Below, piece after piece: positions 19,533 through 30,764 of a DNA stretch of 64,000 bases. Source of the stretch: Microcoleus sp. (lineage in GTDB: Bacteria > Cyanobacteriota > Cyanobacteriia > Cyanobacteriales > Microcoleaceae); contig JAYFMW010000006.1 in NCBI GenBank assembly GCA_042408215.1, forward strand, positions 96,001-160,000, in the 5' to 3' direction. Every line of letters begins with the position of its first letter. Within the stretch, counting starts at the first letter, position 1. Position numbers and translations under genes: made by a program. The notes under the pieces are model-generated. The model saw only the letters and a list, made by a program, of their open reading frames with translations, had not been told where the DNA came from and ran no database searches.

Positions 19533-19688
19533 TTCTTGAATATTTTTGAGTGTGGTAAAAACGCGAGGAATCGCGTGTTGGATTGTGAATCTGGTGAACC
19601 CTACAGCCCGCCTGGGGTTGAAACCCCTTGCTAATAGCTAAAGTCCACTGAAAGTGGACTGCAATCTTAACGGATCACCTGTTTTTTT

Positions 19689-20553
19689 CTAACTTGTCTC
19701 TAGCGTTGCTAGAGCTTGCGAGTTCAGGGCTAAGCCCAGTTGGACATGGAGGTTGTGACTGGCTTTGTAAGCCACGTAGTGAGCTGTTGGCCAAGTTCCC
19801 AGCAGACTGAGATCGCCTACTAAGTCTAGGATTTTATGGCGCACTGGTTCATTGGCAAATCTCAAGGGCGGGTTGAGCCAGCCGGAGCGATCGCAAACTA
19901 AGGCGTTATCTAGGCTACCACCTTTGATCAAACCTGCTTGTCGCAATTGGTCAACTTGGCGGGCCAGTCCAAAAGTCCGAGCCGGGGCGATCGCACTTAC
20001 AAAACTTTCTACCTCTGGCGACCAACTGTACCACTGATTGCCGATCGCGGGTTCATCAAAATCAATTCCGTAGCTAAACCGAGTTTCCGCAGCAGGTAAA
20101 GCGGCCACAAAAGCATCACCATGACGCACCCAAACGGGATTGAGAACCGGGGAATTTAGCCCGTTTTCTGCTGGGTGTACCAATTCTTGGGCGACTAATC
20201 CCACACGGGCGATCGCCTCCACCCAAACCAGGGCAGAACCGTCCATTAGAGGCACTTCCGGGCCATCAACCTCAATTCGAGCATTATCCGCCCCCATGCC
20301 CGCCAAAGCCGCTAATAGATGCTCTACAGTGCGGATTTGAGCATCAGCCGCACCCAGCCAGTTCCGTCGAAAGAGCAGTCTGACAAACCGCCTCAATTTT
20401 TGCAGGAATGATCGGAGCACCGGGCAAGTCAATTCTGACAAAATAGCGACCTTCCCCAACTGCCGCGGGCAACACTCGGACGCGAGTCTGTTCGCCGCTG
20501 TGCAAACCGATTCCCGACAGTTCAAATTCAGATGCTAGAGTACGTTGAATCAT
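19689..20553 (-). CDS. lpxC: UDP-3-O-acyl-GlcNAc deacetylase, with a +1 frameshift near 20355
   Basis: MIQRTL..GIGLHSG in ORF 20344-20553; TVEHLLAAL and HKILD in ORF 19689-20525. Confidence 0.92.
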
Positions 20554-20554
20554 G

Positions 20555-21178
20555 AGTCAGTAGTCAGTAGTCAGTAGTCAGTAGTCATTAGTCATTAGTC
20601 AGTAGTCAGTAGTCATGAGTCAGTGGTCAGTGGTCAGTGGTTAGTGGTCATTAGTCAGTAGTCAGTGGTTAGTGGTCATTAGTCAGTGGTCAGTGGTCAG
20701 TGGTCAGTGGTTAATGGTCAGTGGTTAGTGGTCAGTAGTCAGTAGCCAGTGGTTAGTGGTTAGTGGTTAGTGGTCATTGGTCAGTAGTCAGTAGCCAGTA
20801 GTCATATCGTTGACCGTTGCATCGGAATTATTTAACCGCAGAGAACACAGAGGACACAGAGGGAGAGAATAGAGATCTGAATACAGGAGGATGCTACCGG
20901 ATTTGATATCGGTGGTTAGTGGTCAGTGGTCAGTGGTTAGTGGTTAGTGGTTAGTGACTAATAACTAATGACTAATAACTACTGACTAATGACTACTGAC
21001 TAATGACTACTGACTACTGACTAATAACTACTGACTACTGACTAATGACTAATGACTAATGACTAATGACTACTGACTACTGACTAATGACTAATGACTA
21101 ATGACTAATGACTAATGACTACTGACTACTGACTAATGACTAATGACTACTGACTACTGACTAATGACTAATGACTAA
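20555..21178. repeat. STRR heptamer arrays in opposite orientations
   Basis: TAGTCAG/TGGTCAG/TGGTTAG units up to about 20955, then ACTAATG/ACTACTG units (reverse complements). Confidence 0.9.
20804..20909. mobile_element. IS630-TIR-type MITE inside the STRR array
   Basis: atatcgttgaccgttgcatcggaat ... ggatgctaccggatttgatat. Confidence 0.7.
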
Positions 21179-23609
21179 TTAGAATCTTTCCCCAATCCCA
21201 AAGTGAATTTGATTGTCGCCGCTGTCGTTGATACCGTAATCGATCCGGATCGGCCCTAACGGAGATTGAATCCGCACGCCGAGGCCGTAGCCATAACCGC
21301 TACCGGGTTTTCTCCTGATACCGGCTGGATCGCCGGGGACATCTTTCCCCGTGCCTAAGTCAGTACCGGCGTCCACAAATAGCGCTCCGCCGATAAATGA
21401 AATAATCGGGAAACGGTACTCAACGCTGGCTTCTAGGAAGCTGCGGCCTGCTCCCATGTCGCCTTCGTTGTATCCCCGGACGGAGTTAGCGCCGCCCAAG
21501 GCAAAAGCTTCGTAGGGAGGCAAATCTCCGAAGATGGTGCCGCCTTTAAAACTAAATGCCAAGGTTTGAGGGCCGGGGCTAAAGTTGGTGTACTTGACTG
21601 GGAGGTAAAAGCTGTAGCTGGCCCGCAGGCGGTTGAGCAGGATGCTGCCGGAACCTACAGGAATCGACTGTTCGACGCCAAACCTGAGCAGGGAACCGCT
21701 GGTGGGCCGCAGGGGGTCGTTGCGTCGATCGCGCACAGCACCTGCTTGGAAGGTTGTCAAGTCGTCGGAACCGGAATTGCTAAAACTCAACAGGTTGCCG
21801 AGTTCGTCTTTGGATTCGCGTCGGATTTTGCGATCGGTAATTGAAATCCGCTGGTACTGCAAGCCGACAGAAGCCGTCCACTCTGAATCGGCAAAAGGAT
21901 TGCGTGACAGGGGACGAGTAAAATTGATGCCGCCACCGGTGCGGATGATGCGGGGTCGATCGCCATTGGGTAGGAAGACTTCGCGATCGCCACCGTCAAA
22001 AATCACACTGATCGATTGTCTTCTAAACGCATTAACCGTATAAGAAGTCCGGTAAGGATCGCCCGCAATCCAAGGATCTGTAAAACTCAAGTCAAACAGA
22101 TTTTGGCGTTCCCCGATTTGCACCTCAGCGCCCAACTTCTGGTTCCTACCCCCCAAGTTTTGCTGCTGGTAACTCACCGTACCGAACAAACCCGTAGCGG
22201 AACTCAAACCCGCACCCGCCGCCAGAGAACCGGTATTTTTCTCAATCACATTGACAATTACCCTTGCCTTACGGGGGTCAGTCGTTCCCGGTTCCAAAGC
22301 AAGCCGCACGTCTTCAAAAATCCCCAAACCAAAAACCCGCCTCAAATCCCTTTCCGCTTTCGTGCGGTTGAATATGTCTCCGGGCTTGAGTTCTACTTCG
22401 CGGGTGATGACAAAGCGGCGAGTATTGCCGCCAATGGGCTGACCGGTGGCATCCGTTGCTTCTCCCTCCTTGTTCAGGAAGCGGATATCGACCGATTCGA
22501 TTTGGCCTTCTGCCACTAGGAGCGTTACTTTCCCGTCGTCGGCTACTTGTGGGGGCATCAGTGATTTGGCCTAACACAAAGCCGTTATCTTGATACCACT
22601 TATTAATTTTTTGTACACCCTCCTCAAAGCGGCGGAGGTTGAGAATTTTGCCGTACTGTTCGCGGAAGCTGTCGTCAATGACGCTTTGGGGGAGCACTTG
22701 CTGGCCGGTGATTTGGACTCCCCGCAGCACTGGATTTGCCTGCACGATAAAAGTCACCCGCACGCCCAAAGGGGTGTCTTCCGGTACGGCCCGCACATTT
22801 CTGAAAAAGCCCGTAGCAAAAATAGCATTAATGTCTTGTTGCAGTTGGGTGCGGTTAGTCGTGCGTCCCGGTTGGGTGCTGATGACTCGGTAAATCTCAC
22901 TTTCCAGGTCTCCCGTCACCCCGCTGACTTTAACTTCTGCCACTAGCACCTGCGGCCCAGCCGCAGGCGTGGGTGCGGGGCTTTGTCTGGGCTGCGGTGT
23001 CGGGGCAGAGGGCAATGAGGGCAGAGTGTTAGCGGGAGGTGTTGCAGGGGCCGGTCTAGTTGGGGCCGGTCTAGTTGGAGCCGGTCTAGTTGGAGCCGGT
23101 CTAGTTGGAATTTGGGCGTTTTGAGTCGCCCCCGATTCGTCCTGTTTCCCCTGGTCTACTGCGACTGAGGCTGGCGAAACAACGGCTGACGAGGGGGGGA
23201 CTTGGCTGTCATCCTGTTTCGCGTCTGCCCCTTGATTTGGGCTGCTAGACGCGAGTCCGCGATCGGATTCTACATCGGCTTTGGGTTCAAAGCTGGGAGT
23301 CGTAACGGGGGACGATGGTTCTGTGAGTCGGTTTGGGCGATCGCGATCGTCCTCTCTTCTGGCCGGGGCCGCAGCAACTATTTTGAGGGCTTCTATTTTA
23401 CTGGCTTTAACCACAACCTGTTTTTGAGGAGGATTTTCAGTTAATTCTCCAAGGTTGAGTTCTGGCGATGCGATCGACTGGGCGGGAGGAACGGCGGCCG
23501 ACACTTTCTCTGCTGATTCAGAGTAGGATGTTTGGCCGCTTGCAGAATTTGATAACCCGAATGTTGCTGAGACAGTAAGAACTGCCACCAATACAGCAGA
23601 TAAGCGCAT
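21179..23609 (-). CDS. bamA: Omp85/BamA outer membrane protein, with a +1 frameshift near 22555
   Basis: Signal peptide, Pro-rich linker with PTRPA repeats, POTRA domains, VRGY and C-terminal FGIGERF; split over ORFs 22314-23609 and 21179-22558. Confidence 0.9.
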
Positions 23610-23795
23610 TTTTGTTCACTTTTTTGGAATCCACACACCACATTAATCATCAGTCATCAGTCATCAGTCATTAGTCATTAGTCATTAGTCATTAGTTATT
23701 GAGTCGCTTGAATTTGCCACTGACTGCTAACTGTTGACTGCTGAGTGCTGAATGTCCGTGACAAACTGTGCAATTGTAGCGCATTGCTAATGCCT

Positions 23796-24524
23796 CTAGA
23801 GTTTCTGAGCCAGAACCCGCTTCAGAACTTGCTGGTAAGCGGTTTCCACTGAACCCAAGTCGCGGCGGAATCGGTCTTTGTCCATCACACGGGCGTCGGG
23901 ATCGGTTTCTGCGTTGTCCCAAAGCCGGCAAGTGTCGGGACTGATTTCGTCGGCGAGGATCAGGTTTTGATGTTGGTCTATACCGAATTCCAGTTTGAAG
24001 TCTACCAGGGTGATGCCACACTGACTGAAAAATTCTTTGAGAATTTCGTTAATTTCTCTGGCGGCGCGATCGAGTTGGTCTACTTGTTCCGGGCTGGCTA
24101 GCTGCATTAGCAGCAGCCTGTCGCGAGTCAGCAGCGGGTCTCCCAAATCGTCGTTTTTGTAATAAAACTCTACCAGCGGGGGATTGACAATTGTGCCGAG
24201 GGCGAGTCCGGTTTGTTTGCAAAGGCTACCGGCGGCTATGTTTCTGACGACGACTTCCAATGGCAAGATTTGGACGCGGCAGACTCGCATCTGGTTGGGC
24301 GCTGGTGTGTCGATGAAGTGGGTGGGAATGCCTTTGGCTTCTAGCATCCGAAATAGGTGGGCAGACATGGTGCAATTGATTTCGCCTTTGCCGAGGATGC
24401 TACCGCGTTTCTGGGCGTTAAAAGCCGTGGCGTCGTCCTTGAAGTGGGTCAGCAAAATTTCGCTGTCTTCGGTGGAGTAGAGGATTTTGGCTTTGCCTTC
24501 GTAGAGTTGACGATCGACTGACAT
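23796..24524 (-). CDS. purC: SAICAR synthase
   Basis: LYEGKAK, DFKLEFG, LADEISPDTCRLWD, DKDRFR. Confidence 0.97.
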   Translation of the reverse strand: MSVDRQLYEGKAKILYSTEDSEILLTHFKDDATAFNAQKRGSILGKGEINCTMSAHLFRMLEAKGIPTHFIDTPAPNQMRVCRVQILPLEVVVRNIAAGSLCKQTGLALGTIVNPPLVEFYYKNDDLGDPLLTRDRLLLMQLASPEQVDQLDRAAREINEILKEFFSQCGITLVDFKLEFGIDQHQNLILADEISPDTCRLWDNAETDPDARVMDKDRFRRDLGSVETAYQQVLKRVLAQKL

Positions 24525-24736
24525 AGGGATGTAATCAGGTAAGTAAGTTTGAGTTTTTAGATTAGCTCGATCGGGCGTTATTGGCGAGTTTTTTGCCTCG
24601 GCGGTGGATGAATAACCCGCGCTGGCCTATGGCACCCGCCGATAGATGGGACTGGCGCATGAGGCATAGTTTGATCTAGAGCGCGCGATCGACACAATGT
24701 AGAAAGCAGAAGGTACAATCGAAATCATACCTTTAC

Positions 24737-26239
24737 CATGATTTTTGGGTCTAAAGCCCCGTCCTTCTAGGACGGCTTTTTCTCTCGAATCAACCTCTTG
24801 ATGGCAGCAGATAAGCTACACCCCCATTCAGAAGCTATTTCCGTCAGAATCTTAAACTCTTTCTCGTCCAAATAGGCGGGAACAGGATGCTTTTTAGTTG
24901 TCATAAGACCGCTCAAAGTAATAACATTGTGTTCTTATAGTGAAGAGGAGGTAATAATACAATGTTTGGATGTCAGCAGATATTAATCAGCCCAGACAAA
25001 AATCTAAAAGCGATCTTAGAGTTTTTGTGTGGTGAAGCTACCAAGCTTGCCAACTGTGGAACCTACTATACTCGTCAGTTGTATTTCAAGAATGGTAAAA
25101 TCCCCAGCAAATACGACTTGCATCGGGAGTTAACCAATAATCCTCATTTTGGAGCAATATATTCGCAAGTGGCTCAACAATGCCTAAGGACAGTGGCAGA
25201 GTCCTTTAAGTCATTTATTGGACTGCTCAAAGCTGTCAAGTCTGGCAAGACAGACCAGAAGCCTAAGCTTCCTGGCTATCGAGATGGAGGGTTAACTTTG
25301 GTCACATTTCCAAAGCAAGCGGTCAAGCTTAAACCTAAAGGATTGCGATTCCCTTTGGGCAATAAAGTTAAAGTCTGGTTTGGTCTGGCTGAGTTCTACT
25401 TGCCCATGCCGTCAAACCTTGAATACAAATCCATCAGAGAGTATCGGATTCTGCCCAGAAATGGAGAGTTCTATCTAGAGCTTGTCTATCAGATTCCATC
25501 CATTCAGGCTGATGTAGATTTTGCCACAGCCCTAGGGATTGACCCCGGATTGAACAACTGGCTGACCTGTGTGAGCAATGTAGGCACATCTCTAATCGTG
25601 GACGGCTTGCACTTAAAGTCTTTGAATCAGTGGTACAACAAGCGAGTATCAGTCCTGAAAGAAAACCAGCTACAAGGGTTTTGGTCTAAACATCTAGCCG
25701 GAATCACCCAGAAGCGCAACCGTCAAGTTAGAGATGCGGTCAACAAAGCGACTCGACTGGTAATCAATCACTGCTTAGAAAACCGCATTGGTACAGTGGT
25801 TTTTGGCTGGAATAAAGGACAACGGCAAGAGATTAACTTGCTCGCCAAAACAAATCAGAAGTTTGTTCAAATCCCGACCGCCAGACTGAAAAATCGGATT
25901 GCTCAATTGTGTGAGCGGTATGGCTTGAAGTTTGTTGAGACCGAAGAATCGTATACATCCAAGGCGTCATTCCTGGACTCTGACCTGCTACCTACATTCG
26001 GCGAAAAACCTGAAGGGTGGCAAGGGTCTGGTAAGCGAGTAAAGCGTGGTCTGTATTGTTCGGCTAATGGCACAAAAATAAATGCTGACTGCAATGGCGC
26101 AGCCAACATTTTAAGAAAAGTAGCGGTGAAGTTGGGATTAAATCTCAGCGGAATCAGTAGGGGTGCTTTGACTGCGCCTTTTAGAATTCAGTTATGGATT
26201 GCTAAAGAATCCCCGTCTCTTTGGAGCGGGGAGTGTCAA
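24737..26239 (+). mobile_element. tnpA-less IS200/IS605 element (IS1341-like)
   Basis: Left-end hairpin aaagccccgtccttctaggacggcttt; right-end hairpin tccccgtctctttggagcgggga followed by gtgtcaa; left boundary approximate. Confidence 0.8.
24767..24904 (-). CDS. 45-aa ribbon-helix-helix (CopG-like) protein, not in the ORF track
   Basis: MTTKKHPVPAYLDEKEFKILTEIASEWGCSLSAAIKRLIREKKPS*, divergent from tnpB. Confidence 0.65.
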   Translation of the reverse strand: MTTKKHPVPAYLDEKEFKILTEIASEWGCSLSAAIKRLIREKKPS

Positions 26240-26278
26240 CATTCTCCCTTAACAGACCCGATGCCTGTTCCACAATAG
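24962..26278 (+). CDS. tnpB: TnpB RNA-guided nuclease, rearranged RuvC-II type
   Basis: GIDPG; VFGWN at the canonical Glu position; TEESYTSK; NADCNGAANI. Confidence 0.9.
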   Translation: MFGCQQILISPDKNLKAILEFLCGEATKLANCGTYYTRQLYFKNGKIPSKYDLHRELTNNPHFGAIYSQVAQQCLRTVAESFKSFIGLLKAVKSGKTDQKPKLPGYRDGGLTLVTFPKQAVKLKPKGLRFPLGNKVKVWFGLAEFYLPMPSNLEYKSIREYRILPRNGEFYLELVYQIPSIQADVDFATALGIDPGLNNWLTCVSNVGTSLIVDGLHLKSLNQWYNKRVSVLKENQLQGFWSKHLAGITQKRNRQVRDAVNKATRLVINHCLENRIGTVVFGWNKGQRQEINLLAKTNQKFVQIPTARLKNRIAQLCERYGLKFVETEESYTSKASFLDSDLLPTFGEKPEGWQGSGKRVKRGLYCSANGTKINADCNGAANILRKVAVKLGLNLSGISRGALTAPFRIQLWIAKESPSLWSGECQHSPLTDPMPVPQ

Positions 26279-26413
26279 TTATAGCAACCTGATCTGTGCA
26301 GCCGGACCGGCTCAATTGCTGAAACTATTGATTTGATTGATTTTATGGCATTTTCACATCTAATTCTTCCTTCTGCTATACTACACACAAAAGACCTATA
26401 GAAAGGCTGATTT

Positions 26414-26845
26414 ATGGAAGAAAAAAAAATTCATATCCTCTTAGTAGAAGATGATGAGGTCGATGTGATGAACCTTCGGCGTGCCTTCAAAAAAAATAAC
26501 ATCGTCAACCCTATTTACTTAGCGGGAAATGGATTAGAGGCTCTTGCTATCTTGCGCGGAGAAGCTAAGATAGAGCCTGCCATGCCTCAAGCGCGCAGGT
26601 TGGTTTTGCTGGACTTGAATATGCCGAAAATGAACGGGATTGAGTTTTTGCGAAAATTGCGGATGGATGAAAAATTGAGGTCGCTTCCGGTGATAGTCCT
26701 CACAACTTCCAATGAAGATAGAGATAAGGTAGAAGCTTATAATTTGAATGTGGCTGGCTATATTCTTAAACCTGTCACTTTTTCTAATTTTGTTGAAGTT
26801 ATGTCTACGCTCAACAAATACTGGATGTTGAACGAAATACCATAA
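26414..26845 (+). CDS. Single-domain response regulator (Rcp-like)
   Basis: LLVEDD, LLDLNMP, LTTS, YILKP. Confidence 0.92.
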   Translation: MEEKKIHILLVEDDEVDVMNLRRAFKKNNIVNPIYLAGNGLEALAILRGEAKIEPAMPQARRLVLLDLNMPKMNGIEFLRKLRMDEKLRSLPVIVLTTSNEDRDKVEAYNLNVAGYILKPVTFSNFVEVMSTLNKYWMLNEIP

Positions 26846-26954
26846 AAAAATCCAAATTTAAAAAACAGCTGCTAAATTTATAGGGCGCTTTGGCCTGGTT
26901 AATTATTATTTACCCGCTCGCAGTTAGTTCAGAGTAATCCAAGATTTGGTTGTT

Positions 26955-29900
26955 ATGAAAAAAGGGATCAAAATTCTGATAGTTGATGACGATGAAGTCG
27001 ATCGGATGGCGGTGAGGCGATCGCTCAAGTCGGCGGGAATTTTGGTGGAAGTTTCTGAAGCAGAAAACTGCGCCGCAGCCCTAGAAAAATTATCCATCAG
27101 CCAAGATGATATCGCGGCAGCAAAACTCTCGAAACAGGAGCAATCTCACAAGTCGATGGAGGCTGAGAATACAGAAAACCAGCTCTTATCCAATCAGATA
27201 TTTGACTGTAAATTTGACTGCGTATTCCTAGACTACCGATTGCCAGATGGGGACGGACTGACTTTGGTAAAATCTCTTCGAGAAGTGGGTTTAAAAGTTC
27301 CCTTAATTGTGCTCACAGGTCAAGGTGACGAACAAATTGCTGTGGAATTGATGAAGGCAGGAGCTTCTGATTATATCGTTAAAGGCAAGCTGTCTTCAGA
27401 TACTTTGTCCCGCAGCTTGCACAATGCCATTCGGGTTTACCGCGCCGAATCTCAGGCGTTTCATACCAGTCAAAAACTTAAGGAAAGTGAAGAACGCTAC
27501 AGGTTAGTTTTAGAGGGAGTTAACGACGGAATTTGGGATTGGGATTTAACTAAAAATCAAGTGTATTGGAACGATCGCCTTTTGGAGATGCTCGGTTTGG
27601 GGCGATCGCAATTTGGCCGCACTATGGAAGCTCTCTACACACGCCTCCACCCCGAAGACAAAGACGGGATTATCCAGGCGATCGAGGCTCACTTGGAGGC
27701 AGAAATAGACTATAATGTAGAATTCCGCCTGCTGCACTCGAACGGTGCTTACCGCTACTGCACTTCTCAGGGAAAAGCTCAGCGGAATTCCCAAGGGAAA
27801 GCGCTGCGGATGGCAGGCATGATTAGCGACATTACCGATCGCAAACAAGCCGAAGATGCTCTAGAAAGAGAACGGCAGCAACTGAGGCAAATTATTACTT
27901 GCGTGCCTGTAGCAATGGCGATGTTCGATACAGAAATGCGCTATTTGGCTAACTCTGACAGATGGCTGACTCAATTCAATTTAAACTTACCATCCCTGAC
28001 TAATTTAAGCCATTACAATTTGTTTCCAGATACCCCAGAGCGGTGGAAAGTGTTGTATCAAGAAGTGCTAAAAGGCGAGGTAATTGCTCGTAGCGAAGAT
28101 GCTTGGGAACGAGCAGACGGCTCTATTTTAGTTTTGCGTTGGGCCGCTCACCCTTGGTACAATTACGATGGCAAAGTAGGGGGAATTGTGATGGTTGCCG
28201 ACAAGATTAATGAGTTGGTGGAAGCGCGGGAAACTGCTCTGAAAGCGAGCTTGATTAAGTCGCAATTCTTGGCGAATATGAGTCACGAAATTCGCACTCC
28301 GATGAATGGGGTTTTGGGCATGGCTCAATTGCTGGTGCAGGCTCCCCTAGAACCGAAACAGCGGGAGTACGCTCAAACTATTTACCGCAGTGCGGAACAT
28401 TTGCTGGGCGTTATTAATGATCTCCTCGATTTCTCTAAAATTGAAGCTGGAGAAATGCGGCTGGAAAAGACGGATTTTGATTTGGATAGCTGCCTTGAGT
28501 CGGTGGTGGAAATGGTGGCGGCTATGGCCGAGGAAAAAGGTATTGAATTAAGTATTGTAGTTGATAGTTCGGTGCCGAGAAAATTGGTGGGCGACTCGGG
28601 CAGGTTAAAGCAAATTTTGCTAAATTTGACTGGTAATGCGATGAAATTTACCGATGGAGGTCAAGTTTTAGTTCACGTAACTGTTAAACTTGGCAACCGA
28701 GTGGCAGATGACAAGCAAGGCACTAAATTGCTATTTTCGGTGCGCGATACTGGGATAGGAATTTCGCCGTCAGGGCAGAAAAAGTTGTTTCAATCTTTCT
28801 CTCAGGTAGATAGTTCTCCTACTAGGGAACACGGCGGCACTGGTTTGGGTTTGGCTATTTGTAAGCAGTTAGTGGAGATGATGGGAGGGGAAATTGGGGT
28901 GCGCAGTTCTCTTGGGGTTGGTTCGACTTTTTGGTTCGCTGTGCCTTTGGAAAAACAGTTGCAAGTCGAGTCTCTGACACCTGAATTTGCGGGTGCGAAG
29001 CTGTTAGTAGTGTCTGGGAGTTCTTTGACGAGGGCGACGGTACGATCGCTCGCTCAAACTTGGGGCGCGCGCTGCGAAGAGGCAGAGACTGCCGATGGAG
29101 CTTTGAGTTGGTTGGAGCAGAATGCAAATAGGGAGATTTATCGGCATTCTGACCATCAAGAAAAGTGCTGCGATGCGGTGCTTATAGACTTGCAAATGCC
29201 ACAGTTTGATGCGGAGGAATTTGAAGAGAAAGTGCGATCGATCTCGGCAATTGGGCCGTTATTGGCAATGACTTCTTTGCGGGAACAGCATCAAGCTGAA
29301 GCGTTTTGCAGTCAAGGTTTTAGCGGCTATTTGGTCAAGCCTGTGAGGGCTTCGAGGCTGAGAGAGGCGCTGAATAAGGCTGTGAAGGGGCAAGGAGAGT
29401 TTAGGAGGACTCAGGGCGATCGTACTTCTGGATTACCCAGTGGTCATTCTCAATCTTTGAATCCGACGAATTCCCAGTCATCGCTGAAAATTTTGCTTGC
29501 GGAAGATAACCCGATTAATCAACAAGTTATTGTCGAACAGTTGGCAGTTTTAGGCTATCATGCTGACTGCGCTGCTAACGGTCAAGAAGCGCTGGATTTG
29601 CTGGGCGCTCGGAGCTACGATCTGGTGCTGATGGACTGTCAAATGCCGGTACTTGACGGTTACGAAACAACGCAAAAATTGCGAGAAATTGAAAAGGGCG
29701 ATCGGCATACTTTTGTGATTGCTTTAACTGCTCACGCCATGCCGGGGGAACGAGAAAAGTGTCTGACTGCGGGCATGGATGATTACCTCAGCAAACCTGT
29801 AGATTTAGAGGCTTTATCAGCGGCAGTGAAAAAGTATGAAAGGGAAAATATGCAGTCTGAAAATAAGTATGAAGTTAAAACTATTAATTTAGCAGAAAAT

Positions 29901-30374
29901 TCTAAATTAGCAACAAATGATACAGAAGTTTTGGAAAAAGCGGGTAATTCGACAGTGCCAGTCCAACGGAAGATCGAACTTCAAACTTGGGTACATGGGG
30001 ATTTTGGCGGGCTATTAGACAAGAACAGATTAGAGCAACTCGGACGGGTTAATATTAACTTGCCACAGCGACTTTTGCAAGCTTTTGTGGGAAACGCCCA
30101 AGCTGATTTGGCAACAGCTAAAATTGCTTTAGAAGCTAAAGATTGGCAAACAGTCGAATATCAAGCTCACCGTCTCAAGGGAACTTGTGCTAATGTGGGA
30201 GTTCCCATCATGGCGGATTTGGCGGCAGAATTGGAGTTTCAGGCGATCGGCTTTCAATCTGAACCGCCAGCCACCCAATTATTAACTATTGAGGGGATTG
30301 AGAATATATTAGTGAATTTGTCAAGTCATTTAACACGGGTGCGGGAATTTGTGGAAACTAGACTGTTTGGTTAA
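26955..30374 (+). CDS. Hybrid histidine kinase REC-PAS-PAS-HisKA-HATPase-REC-REC-Hpt
   Basis: [34 protein letters not shown]. Confidence 0.93.
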   Translation: MKKGIKILIVDDDEVDRMAVRRSLKSAGILVEVSEAENCAAALEKLSISQDDIAAAKLSKQEQSHKSMEAENTENQLLSNQIFDCKFDCVFLDYRLPDGDGLTLVKSLREVGLKVPLIVLTGQGDEQIAVELMKAGASDYIVKGKLSSDTLSRSLHNAIRVYRAESQAFHTSQKLKESEERYRLVLEGVNDGIWDWDLTKNQVYWNDRLLEMLGLGRSQFGRTMEALYTRLHPEDKDGIIQAIEAHLEAEIDYNVEFRLLHSNGAYRYCTSQGKAQRNSQGKALRMAGMISDITDRKQAEDALERERQQLRQIITCVPVAMAMFDTEMRYLANSDRWLTQFNLNLPSLTNLSHYNLFPDTPERWKVLYQEVLKGEVIARSEDAWERADGSILVLRWAAHPWYNYDGKVGGIVMVADKINELVEARETALKASLIKSQFLANMSHEIRTPMNGVLGMAQLLVQAPLEPKQREYAQTIYRSAEHLLGVINDLLDFSKIEAGEMRLEKTDFDLDSCLESVVEMVAAMAEEKGIELSIVVDSSVPRKLVGDSGRLKQILLNLTGNAMKFTDGGQVLVHVTVKLGNRVADDKQGTKLLFSVRDTGIGISPSGQKKLFQSFSQVDSSPTREHGGTGLGLAICKQLVEMMGGEIGVRSSLGVGSTFWFAVPLEKQLQVESLTPEFAGAKLLVVSGSSLTRATVRSLAQTWGARCEEAETADGALSWLEQNANREIYRHSDHQEKCCDAVLIDLQMPQFDAEEFEEKVRSISAIGPLLAMTSLREQHQAEAFCSQGFSGYLVKPVRASRLREALNKAVKGQGEFRRTQGDRTSGLPSGHSQSLNPTNSQSSLKILLAEDNPINQQVIVEQLAVLGYHADCAANGQEALDLLGARSYDLVLMDCQMPVLDGYETTQKLREIEKGDRHTFVIALTAHAMPGEREKCLTAGMDDYLSKPVDLEALSAAVKKYERENMQSENKYEVKTINLAENSKLATNDTEVLEKAGNSTVPVQRKIELQTWVHGDFGGLLDKNRLEQLGRVNINLPQRLLQAFVGNAQADLATAKIALEAKDWQTVEYQAHRLKGTCANVGVPIMADLAAELEFQAIGFQSEPPATQLLTIEGIENILVNLSSHLTRVREFVETRLFG

Positions 30375-30427
30375 TACAGCACTTTTCAGGTAAGCAAAGG
30401 TAGGGACACTCAAGGGTGCCCTTCTTA

Positions 30428-30640
30428 GTGTCAACTTAAGCCTGAAAGCCTTGGTATCTCTCGTTCATAGCCAAGTCTAGATCCCCCTAAATCCCCCTTC
30501 TTAAGGGGGACGAAAGATCGAACTCTTATCCCCCCCGACTATCAGGGGAGTAGGGGTTGAGTAGGGGGCAAGAATGCGGGGGGATCTAGGCTTAATGGTC
30601 AAACAGCAGTCTCTGACTGGGTTTAACGTTAAGTTGACAC
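30428..30640. mobile_element. MITE with gtgtcaacttaa...ttaagttgacac TIRs, nested in a REP-like palindrome
   Basis: TIRs visible; flanked by gtagggacactc / gagtgtccctac. Confidence 0.75.
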
Positions 30641-30764
30641 TCCTTGGGCTCTTGGAGTGTCCCTACTCAGAAATAAATTCGATTAGCTCTCTTTTTTGCT
30701 CTCTTTCTTCACTCTGTGTCCTCTGCGTTCTCTGCGGTAAAAAAAAATAATAATTAATTTAGCT

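Noticed and set aside
19689..23609. lpxC and bamA as pseudogenes or programmed frameshifts
   Set aside because: Each has a single extra base in an otherwise intact essential gene; sequencing error is simpler
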